Positions 1 through 9,583 of a stretch of 32,000 nt of DNA are shown here, one piece after another; within the stretch, counting starts at the first letter, position 1; every line of letters starts with the position of its first letter. Under the pieces are notes generated by a model. The model ran no database searches, was not told the origin of the DNA, and saw nothing but the letters and a program-made list of their open reading frames with translations. The DNA comes from an archaeon. GTDB lineage: Archaea; Iainarchaeota; Iainarchaeia; Iainarchaeales; 1-14-0-10-31-34. Position numbers and translations under genes: made by a program. The stretch is from NCBI GenBank assembly GCA_024277355.1, contig JAJRVL010000004.1:494575-526574 (forward strand), read 5' to 3'.

Positions 1-2279
<2,279 letters not shown>

Positions 2280-2305
2280 TTAAAGGTTAATGAAAAACAA
2301 AAGAA

Positions 2306-2863
2306 TTACTTTAATTCATTTTCAAGTGATTTAACAAAAGAATCAAATAAAATAGTTTTTTCTTTAGCAAGATTTTTTGCTTTATCAGAAAAAAAAGCTT
2401 CTTTTAAAAGAAAAGACTTTGTTTTTTGTTCTTCAAGAAATTTGTTTAAAGGAATTTTTCTTAAATTAAATAAAACTGAATCTTTAATTATTCCAACTGA
2501 ACTCACTTCATCTAACATATTTAAGTCATGCACTAAAACTGCTTCAGTTGTTTTAGGTTTTCCTTTAATATCTGATTCTTCAATGCAATGCAGTACTGCA
2601 TCAATTTTTTCTTTAGGAAAAAGAGAAGAAACAAGAAATTTCTTTGCAAAATTAAGAGAAGTTTTAGTTAAATCCTGATTAAATTTCAAATGCATTGAAA
2701 AACCTGATAAATGAAGTAAAATTCCTGCAAAAACAATTTCTTCATCAAAAGAAGTTTCTTTTATTTCTTCAAGTAAATCAAAACATCTGTTAATATGCCC
2801 TGGTACAAAAAAGTTTTTTGATTCCTTTTCAATTAATCTTTTTAATTCAGTTTTATTAAACAT
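2306..2863 (-). CDS. HD-superfamily (YedJ-like) phosphohydrolase homologue with a substituted metal dyad
   Basis: 185 aa. GHINRCFDLLEEI...FAGILLHLSGF matches the H...LLHD(I)G pattern of HD domains, but HD is replaced by HL. VLHCIEESD...TTEAVLVHDLNMLDEVSSVGIIK matches the I..H....E..iv.DADRLD.lGaiGi segment of YedJ-like HD proteins. The start overlaps the stop of the upstream gene (TAATG at 2863). Confidence 0.5.
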   Translation of the reverse strand: MFNKTELKRLIEKESKNFFVPGHINRCFDLLEEIKETSFDEEIVFAGILLHLSGFSMHLKFNQDLTKTSLNFAKKFLVSSLFPKEKIDAVLHCIEESDIKGKPKTTEAVLVHDLNMLDEVSSVGIIKDSVLFNLRKIPLNKFLEEQKTKSFLLKEAFFSDKAKNLAKEKTILFDSFVKSLENELK

Positions 2864-3663
2864 TAAACCACTATTTCTGATTCCCCTGAAGGAAGCATTG
2901 AAATTAATTCATCTAAATCAATGATTGTATTTAATTTTTCTTCAAATAATTTTTTTAGTTTTTTTCCGATTACTCCTTTAGAGTCTTTCCCTTGTCTTAT
3001 TTTAAATAAAATTTCTGAATGTTTTTTTACTGACTCAAAAGGACCTGAAATCACAATAAAATTTTCTTTTTCTTTTTTTATGCCGATTGCAAAATTTAAA
3101 GGAGTTTTTTTAAACCAGTTTCTTTCACCATAAATCATAAAAGAACCGGTTTTCATTGATTCTCCTGAAACTGCTTTTTTACTTACTTGTTCAGGCAGAA
3201 CAGAATAAACATCAACAGAAGAAATTCCTGTTTTCCATGCTTTAGAAAAACAAGCAACAAATTCAGCTGTTTCTTTCATTGAAGTTTCAGGAGAAGAATT
3301 ATTTATTGCTTTTAACAAACAATGAGGGCTTCCATGAATTTCTGCATGAAAATATAAATCTGTTTTATCCATGTATTTTTTGATTACTTCTTCATTACTT
3401 TTAGTGTCTTTTCCTGCAATAGCTAATAAATTATCACTGGTATAAAACCAATGGAATTTTTCAAACCATTGTTTTTTTCTTTTTTTAATTAAAACTTCTT
3501 TTTTTTCTGTTGTTTGGTTTTCTTTCATTTTACTTAATCTTTTTTCTGTTTCTTTCACTGCTTTTTTTAATCCTTCAAGTTTTTTTTTGTTTTTCTTTGA
3601 TTTTTGGAAATAAATTGAAGCATTTTCATTTAAATTTTTATGTAAGTCAATTTCAATTTTCAT
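2863..3663 (-). CDS. NFACT-R (DUF814) domain protein: C-terminal half of an Rqc2/NEMF/FbpA-type protein, lacking NFACT-N
   Basis: 266 aa. The N-terminal coiled-coil segment NENASIYFQKSKKNKKKLEGLKK resembles the NA..YF.kyKK segment that precedes DUF814. The diagnostic block is WFEKFHWFYTSDNLLAIAGKDTKSNEEVIKKYMDKTDLYFHAEIHGSPHCLLK. There is no NFACT-N domain in this ORF or upstream. Confidence 0.75.
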   Translation of the reverse strand: MKIEIDLHKNLNENASIYFQKSKKNKKKLEGLKKAVKETEKRLSKMKENQTTEKKEVLIKKRKKQWFEKFHWFYTSDNLLAIAGKDTKSNEEVIKKYMDKTDLYFHAEIHGSPHCLLKAINNSSPETSMKETAEFVACFSKAWKTGISSVDVYSVLPEQVSKKAVSGESMKTGSFMIYGERNWFKKTPLNFAIGIKKEKENFIVISGPFESVKKHSEILFKIRQGKDSKGVIGKKLKKLFEEKLNTIIDLDELISMLPSGESEIVV

Positions 3664-4203
3664 TTAATCAATTCCTTTTTCTTTTTTCAGAATATTAATA
3701 ATTGAAGTAGTCCTTGAACCAGATTTATAGAAAGGAGCAGTAGCATAAATAATCTGCCTGTCTTTAATTAACTTGTAAATTCCCTTGATTTTTTCATAAT
3801 AATTTTTTTGTGTTGAATTATGAAATGATTCAATATCACGATAAAAATGCCTTAACAATAAATTCCAGTTTCCTGAACCCATTACCGCAGAAACCATGTA
3901 AATATTGTCATCTTTTTCAACTGCATCAAGATACTGCTTAAAAATTACTTTTTCTGCAAAATCAATGTGAAGCATTTCAATTACTTCTAATTTAAAACCA
4001 AATTTATGAAAATCAATTTTAGGACCAAACCCCTGCAAGACTCCATCCTTTAACAAAAAGTCCACAGAAGACTTAATTGTAGCTTTGTGAAAACCAGAAT
4101 AACGCTTAATTTGCCGGTTATTAGGCACAACAGAACCTTTTTTAAGCAAGGCCTGAATGGTTTTTAATCTAACAACATCATCAGCTTTAATATGAATAGC
4201 CAT
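3664..4203 (-). CDS. Lrp/AsnC-like winged-HTH regulator with a C-terminal extension
   Basis: 179 aa. HTH-like segment IKRYSGFHKATIKSSVDFLLKDGVLQGFGPKIDFHKFGF, followed by a RAM-like beta-alpha-beta segment KLEVIEMLHIDF...IYMVSAVMGSGNWNLLLRHFYRDIESF. It abuts the NFACT-R gene with no gap (stop at 3664, next start at 3663). Confidence 0.5.
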   Translation of the reverse strand: MAIHIKADDVVRLKTIQALLKKGSVVPNNRQIKRYSGFHKATIKSSVDFLLKDGVLQGFGPKIDFHKFGFKLEVIEMLHIDFAEKVIFKQYLDAVEKDDNIYMVSAVMGSGNWNLLLRHFYRDIESFHNSTQKNYYEKIKGIYKLIKDRQIIYATAPFYKSGSRTTSIINILKKEKGID

Positions 4204-4365
4204 AAAATAATCACTATACTATTTAAACAACAAAAAAGTATTTAAGTGTATTATATTGTACAGTATCATTTGTATAATCTATATATACTCTTACATCGTG
4301 TTAATAATGTTAAAAAGACAAAAATCCATCGGAGGGATTCAATTCTAGAGAGAAAAAATATAACG

Positions 4366-4431
4366 AAAAAAAAAGAGGTAGGGGAATAGGCTCACCAGGC
4401 CAATCTGGTTTCTTAAAAGATTCCCCCCTCT
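4366..4431 (-). terminator. GC-rich nested hairpin followed by a T9 run, 43 nt downstream of the topA stop
   Basis: On the plus strand, AGAGGTAGGGGAAT (4374-4387) pairs with ATTCCCCCCTCT (4420-4431), giving 12 bp with a 2-nt bulge. An inner hairpin is ACCAG (4394-4398) / CTGGT (4405-4409). On the minus strand the hairpin is followed directly by T9 (plus-strand A run 4366-4374). This is the most GC-rich non-coding patch in the window. Confidence 0.45.
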
Positions 4432-4473
4432 CTAAAAAATCTATTTTTGTTTTTGATTTAAAAATTAGCTGAA

Positions 4474-6591
4474 TTATTTTGTTTTAGGTTTAGCTTTTGT
4501 TTTGGTTTTAGTTGTTGTTTTAGTTTTTTCTTTTTTAAGTTTTTCTTGTTCTTTTAATTCATTTTTTTTCTGCATTGATTTCTTCCATTCATCTTTTGAC
4601 GGACAATCAGGATCAATACACATATTAAATCTGAATCTTTTGCCTTGAACTGAAATCATCGGCATACTGCATATTTTACATAAGTCATCTGTTGGATTAA
4701 CTTTTCCTTTTTGAGGCAAAGGATAAGAATTAGTACAGTTAGGATAAGCAGTACATCCTAAAAAATATTTTTTATTTCTGCTTAAAATAATTCTTAATTC
4801 ACCTTTTTCACATTTAGGGCATTTGCCTACAATTCTATCTTCACTTAATCCTGCTTTAATTTCATTTCCAATTAATAATTTGTGTTCAAATAAATCTTTC
4901 AGAATAACCAGCAATAAATCTCTTGAATGTTCTACTACTTCTTCTTTTGATTTCTTTTTAGCAGAAATTAAATTCATTTCTTCTTCTACTTCTGAAGTCA
5001 TTTCAGGATCAATTACTTTTTTTGAATATTTTTCTAATACATCAGTTACAGCAAAAGCAACATTAGTTGGTTCAATTGCTTTTGCTCCAACAATATATTT
5101 TCTTGCATAAAGTTTCTGAATAATATTATGTCTTGTAGATTTAGTTCCTAAATTTAAGTCTTCCATTAATTTCAGTAAAGCTCCCTGCGAATATCTTGAA
5201 GGAGGCTGAGTTTCTTTTTCAATTAAATCCATTTTTTTTACGTCAGCTTTGTTTCCTTCTTCAAGTTTTGGCAGTAAAACTTCTTTAATTGAAGAATAAT
5301 GATAAAATTCTTTCCAGCCTAATTTTAAAATTCTCTGTCCATTTGAAACAAATAAGTCTTTTTCTAAATCAAATTCAATACTTAAGTTTTCTGTTTCAGC
5401 ATTCTCGCTTAAAGTAGCATAAAATCTTCTTACAATTAATTCATAAATTTTAAAACTTCTGTCTCCTAATTTTCCTTTGTCTCCTGCTGTAACAGGGTGA
5501 ATCGGCGGGTGATCTTTTGTTTCTTTTCCAAAAGAAGGAATTAATTTGTCAGGAAGTTTTTTAGCTAAAGCAGAAAATTCTTTTACTTTAGCTGTTTCTT
5601 CAACTAATTTTTTTAAATCTAAAGTTGCAGGATATTTTGTGTTGTCTGTTCTTGGATAAGAAATATATCCCTGCTGATATAAGGTTTCAGATATACTCAT
5701 TGCCTGCCCTGCACTAAAACCAATTGAAGTTGCAGCCCTGAGAAATGAAGTAGTGTTAAAAGGAATAGGCTTTGAAATACTTCTGTGTTTTTTTTGTACT
5801 CTTAAAACAACTGCTTTTTTTGCTTTTTTATTTAAAATTTTTTCTGCTGTTTTTTTATCTTTAAATTTTCCTTGTTTTGGAGCTGCTTCAAACTGAATTT
5901 TATCTTTTTCTAATATTGCTTTTATTTCCCAGAATTTTTCTGACTTAAAGGCTTTTCTTTCTTTTTCTCGTTTTACAATTAAATATAACACAGGACTTTG
6001 AACTCTTCCTACACTTAAAAAACTTTTTCCCATTTTATTTGATACAATTGAAATAAATCTTGTTAAAACCGCCCCCCAAATTAAATCTATTTCTCTTCTT
6101 GCATTAGCTGAATCAGCAAAAGCATAATCTATTTCACTTAAATCAGAAAAAGAAGAATTAATGTCTTTTGGAGTCATAGCAGAAAATAATGCTCTTTTAA
6201 TTTTAATTTTTGGATTGCCTTTTTTAATGTAATCCAATGCTTCTACTCCAATGCTTTCTCCTTCTCTGTCAGCATCAGTTGCAATGATTACTTCAGAGAA
6301 ATCTTTTGCTTTTTTTTCAAGCAAATCAGTTATTGCTTTTTCTGAAGAAACATATTCAACTTCAACTTTAGCCAGTTTTCTTAAATCAGTGCCCATCCAG
6401 TAATTATATTTTTTTGGGAAATCAATGTCTTCAATATGACCTCTTAAAGGAATAACAAAAGTTTTTTCTCCATTAAAATCAAATTCAAATAATTGAGCTT
6501 TATTTTCAATTAAAGACTTTGCTTTTCCTTTACCTAAAATTTCTGAAATTCTTTTTCCTGCAATGGATTTTTCTGACACAATAAGTTTCAA
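4474..6591 (-). CDS. topA: DNA topoisomerase, type IA (TopA/Topo III-like), with C-terminal zinc ribbons and a K/T-rich tail
   Basis: 705 aa. Toprim motif IIATDADREGE and active-site tyrosine block GYISYPRTDN. Cys4 ribbons CPKCEKGEL...CTAYPNC and CKICSMPM...CIDPDCP. Tail KTKTTTKTKTKAKPKTK. Apparent TTG start at 6591 (MKLIVSEKSIA). Confidence 0.92.
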   Translation of the reverse strand: MKLIVSEKSIAGKRISEILGKGKAKSLIENKAQLFEFDFNGEKTFVIPLRGHIEDIDFPKKYNYWMGTDLRKLAKVEVEYVSSEKAITDLLEKKAKDFSEVIIATDADREGESIGVEALDYIKKGNPKIKIKRALFSAMTPKDINSSFSDLSEIDYAFADSANARREIDLIWGAVLTRFISIVSNKMGKSFLSVGRVQSPVLYLIVKREKERKAFKSEKFWEIKAILEKDKIQFEAAPKQGKFKDKKTAEKILNKKAKKAVVLRVQKKHRSISKPIPFNTTSFLRAATSIGFSAGQAMSISETLYQQGYISYPRTDNTKYPATLDLKKLVEETAKVKEFSALAKKLPDKLIPSFGKETKDHPPIHPVTAGDKGKLGDRSFKIYELIVRRFYATLSENAETENLSIEFDLEKDLFVSNGQRILKLGWKEFYHYSSIKEVLLPKLEEGNKADVKKMDLIEKETQPPSRYSQGALLKLMEDLNLGTKSTRHNIIQKLYARKYIVGAKAIEPTNVAFAVTDVLEKYSKKVIDPEMTSEVEEEMNLISAKKKSKEEVVEHSRDLLLVILKDLFEHKLLIGNEIKAGLSEDRIVGKCPKCEKGELRIILSRNKKYFLGCTAYPNCTNSYPLPQKGKVNPTDDLCKICSMPMISVQGKRFRFNMCIDPDCPSKDEWKKSMQKKNELKEQEKLKKEKTKTTTKTKTKAKPKTK

Positions 6592-6636
6592 TTAAACCAC
6601 TCTGTTAATTGTTAAACAAAAAAGAATTTAAAGAGA

Positions 6637-7116
6637 TTAAAGTTTTTTCTGGAGAGATTGAGTCGGAAGAGCACTTGTTTTTTTTAATTCGCTTAAAACT
6701 AATTGAGTTTTAATATCTGAAATTCCATCAATTAAACCTAAATCATTAATAAATCTTTCAGCTTCCTCTAAACTTGGAACAATTATTTTTGCAATTAAAT
6801 TATATTCACCTAAAACCTGATGCAATTCAATAATATAATCAAATGAAATTAATTTTTTCACTAAATCTTTGTGTTTTCCCATGTCAGTTCTCATTTGAAC
6901 AAAAATTGGGTTTTCATAACCTAAAACTTTATAATTTAAATTTGCTTCAATAGAAGAAATAACTCCTTTTTTGATTAAAGATTCAACTCTTTTTTTTATT
7001 GCAACATCAGTTAATTTTGCTTCTTTTGCAATTGAACTAAACGAAGATCTTCCATCATCCAGCAATTTCTGAATTATCTTTAAATCAATTCTATCAAGGC
7101 TGACTGCATTAGACAT
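6637..7116 (-). CDS. lrp: Lrp/AsnC family transcriptional regulator
   Basis: 159 aa. LDRIDLKIIQKLLDDGRSSFSSIAKEAKLTDVAIKKRVESLIKKGVI is the HTH_AsnC pattern. The C-terminal RAM domain reads VQMRTD...IIELHQVLGEYNLIAKIIVPSLEEAERFI. Confidence 0.85.
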   Translation of the reverse strand: MSNAVSLDRIDLKIIQKLLDDGRSSFSSIAKEAKLTDVAIKKRVESLIKKGVISSIEANLNYKVLGYENPIFVQMRTDMGKHKDLVKKLISFDYIIELHQVLGEYNLIAKIIVPSLEEAERFINDLGLIDGISDIKTQLVLSELKKTSALPTQSLQKKL

Positions 7117-7139
7117 AATTAATAAAACTAAACAAAAAA

Positions 7140-7147
7140 GTATAAAA
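7140..7147 (-). promoter_or_regulatory. TATA-like box for a leaderless lrp transcript
   Basis: The minus strand reads TTTTATAC, centred about 27 nt upstream of the lrp ATG (7116). This spacing is typical of archaeal TATA-to-TSS distance and implies a leaderless mRNA. Confidence 0.35.
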
Positions 7148-7217
7148 GGTTAAGTTATCTAACAAGAATTCTTTTGAATGGGTCGTTCTTTAAAACATTT
7201 TTTAGTAAAATTTAGTT

Positions 7218-8771
7218 ATGGATTCAGTAATCAAACCTTTAGTGCAAAAAATTGCGTTTGAATGCGAAGAAGCAGGAGCAACCAAATGGAATTTAATTAA
7301 AATAATAAAAGAATTAAATTCAATGGAAACTCAAAGCGAAACAAAACTAAAAGAAAAAGCAATTGAACTGTTAAAAGAATTAAACCCTAAAGCAGCTGAA
7401 ACTTATTCTTCTTTTGAAAAAATGATTGTATTTACTTCTAAACAAAAAACTGAACCCTTTGACAGAGGAAACATAACTAAATCATTATTAAAAGAAACAA
7501 AAATTAAAAGAGGGTTAGCTGAAAAAATTTCATCTGAAGTAGAAGAAAAAATAAAAGACTTAAAAATAGGAGAAATTACAACTTCACTGATAAGAGAAAT
7601 GGTTTGTGTTGAACTTCTTGAATTAGGAATGGAAGACATCCATAATGAATATACAAGAGTAGGCATGCCTATATTTGAAGTTAAAAAAACAAAAAACTAT
7701 GAAAAAGAAGTTTTAACTGAATTCAATTTAATTTCAAAGATTCCAAAAAAAGCAAAAGAACTGCATTTTAAGTCAACAATTTATATTCCTTTTATTGAAG
7801 ATTTTTCTTCAAAAGCTTTTTCATGGAATATTGCATTAAAAGAAAAAAATGATTCAGCAGAAAATATTATTCTTGAAATCTTAAAAGAAGTACAGGAAAA
7901 AAGCAGTTTTTTTTCTTCTTCAGTGTGCATTAATTACATTAATTTTTGTTTAAGCAGACCATTAGAAAAAAAAAGCAAACAAAAAATAAAAGAATTAATT
8001 GACTTTTTCTTTAAGGCAAGTTCATTAATCAAAAAAAGATTTTGTGTTACAATTTCATTGTTTTCTCCCGAAGAATCAAACTACAAGGCAAACAAAAAAA
8101 ACATCTGGTTTTTTTCAAACGAATTCATAAAGAAATTCAATGAACAAAAAAAAGAATTAAATTTTGATTTAATTATATGTCTTGAAAACAAATTCCAGTT
8201 AAAATTAGTTGACAAAAACGTTTTTGAAAATGAAATTCATTTCTTAAATCTTAAAAATAATAATTTAAAGGCACAAGAAAAAGGATTATACATAAAAAGT
8301 ACTGGGATTTTTTCTTTAAGCGAAATAAACATTGAAAAATTATTTATTGAATCAAGAAGCAATGTAAAAAAATTAATGGAATTAATTGAAGAAACAGTTT
8401 TTTCAGTAAATGAATTAAATGAAATCAAAGAAAAAGAACTAAAAGAAAAAGATATTTCAAAATTAAAAAAATGTATTTTATTATACGGAGTAGATTCAGG
8501 TGCATTAATTTTCACTGACAACAAAGCAGAAGCAAAAAGCATTGCAAGAAGAGTAAGAGAAAAAGTAAGAAAAAATTCATGGAATTCAGTTGTATTAAGA
8601 AGCTTTAATTCCATTAAAGCAAAAAAAAGATTTGACGAAGAAAATTCAAAATATAATATTAAAACAGAAGAAAAAGAATTAAGAACAACAAGTTTTGCAA
8701 TAGCAAAAACAAAAAAAGAATTAGAAGAATTAATTGAAAAAAATTACGAATACATTGAACTTAAACCTTAA
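7218..8771 (+). CDS. ATP-cone domain protein with an uncharacterised, possibly degenerate NrdD-like C-terminal region
   Basis: 517 aa. A clear ATP-cone lies at about residues 70-150: IVFTSKQKTEPFDRGNITKSLLKETKIKRGLAEKISSEVEEKIKDLKIGEITTSLIREMVCVELLELGMEDIHNEY. A partial ATP-cone-like segment precedes it (LKELNPKAAETYSSFEKM). I see no P-loop, no glycyl-radical motif and no Zn ribbon. Confidence 0.55.
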   Translation: MDSVIKPLVQKIAFECEEAGATKWNLIKIIKELNSMETQSETKLKEKAIELLKELNPKAAETYSSFEKMIVFTSKQKTEPFDRGNITKSLLKETKIKRGLAEKISSEVEEKIKDLKIGEITTSLIREMVCVELLELGMEDIHNEYTRVGMPIFEVKKTKNYEKEVLTEFNLISKIPKKAKELHFKSTIYIPFIEDFSSKAFSWNIALKEKNDSAENIILEILKEVQEKSSFFSSSVCINYINFCLSRPLEKKSKQKIKELIDFFFKASSLIKKRFCVTISLFSPEESNYKANKKNIWFFSNEFIKKFNEQKKELNFDLIICLENKFQLKLVDKNVFENEIHFLNLKNNNLKAQEKGLYIKSTGIFSLSEINIEKLFIESRSNVKKLMELIEETVFSVNELNEIKEKELKEKDISKLKKCILLYGVDSGALIFTDNKAEAKSIARRVREKVRKNSWNSVVLRSFNSIKAKKRFDEENSKYNIKTEEKELRTTSFAIAKTKKELEELIEKNYEYIELKP

Positions 8772-9502
8772 TCTTTATCAAACAAAGCTAAACCAAATTT
8801 TTTCATATATAACCTTGTTTTAACTATTTCAATAAAAGGCACAACAAAAAATAAAACAATAAACAAAGAAACATAATTTCCAATTAAAAAAACAAAATCA
8901 AAAATAAATTCAATTAAAGGAATAATTAACAAAAACAATACTCCCATGAAAATCACTTTAACAACAGTCAAAGGATTTTTAATTAAAAACTCAAAACTAT
9001 TTTCAATACTATGCACTATTTTATTTTCATCAACTACAATGCTTTGAGGAACAAACAAAAGAACAACAGAAACAATAAATAAAATTAAATTAATTAAAAG
9101 CAAAGGAGCATTAAAAAAAACCATTAAAGAATAAAATAAATAAAAAACAACAAAATACAAAACAAAAAATAAAGATAAAGTAAAACCAAACTTATGTAAT
9201 TTTTCAGTTAAGTAATAATTCATTCTTACTTTGTTTAATTTAGTTCTAATATTAAAAATAAGAAAAGAAACAAACAAAGAATAAAAAACCAAAAAAACCA
9301 TTATTGCAATTAATTCAATTAATAAAACAACTGAATCAACTAAAAATAATTCATATTCAATAAAAATGCTTCCTGAACCTAAAAAAATATTTTCAAATAA
9401 AGCAAAAAAAGAAAAAATTAAAAGTACTCCAAACAATAAATTCATTCTGAAATTTTCCAGATAATCCCTTAAAGCAAGCTGTAAAACCACTAAAAACCCC
9501 AT
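8768..9502 (-). CDS. Polytopic membrane protein, function unknown
   Basis: 244 aa with at least six long hydrophobic segments and a long uninterrupted ORF. No recognisable motif. Confidence 0.5.
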   Translation of the reverse strand: MGFLVVLQLALRDYLENFRMNLLFGVLLIFSFFALFENIFLGSGSIFIEYELFLVDSVVLLIELIAIMVFLVFYSLFVSFLIFNIRTKLNKVRMNYYLTEKLHKFGFTLSLFFVLYFVVFYLFYSLMVFFNAPLLLINLILFIVSVVLLFVPQSIVVDENKIVHSIENSFEFLIKNPLTVVKVIFMGVLFLLIIPLIEFIFDFVFLIGNYVSLFIVLFFVVPFIEIVKTRLYMKKFGLALFDKD

Positions 9503-9583
9503 TAAATCCTGATAAAAACAGTTTAAATGTTTATTCCTAAAAAAAGGGAAAAAATAAATAAGGGAAAGACTAAATAATATTAA

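Noticed and set aside
4321-4440. tRNA or other classical ncRNA (C/D box, H/ACA, SRP) in the GC-rich patch.
   Set aside because: I could not build a cloverleaf. There are no RUGAUGA/CUGA boxes, no ACA tail at the right distance and no SRP-like motifs. It is kept only as a terminator/unknown sRNA candidate.
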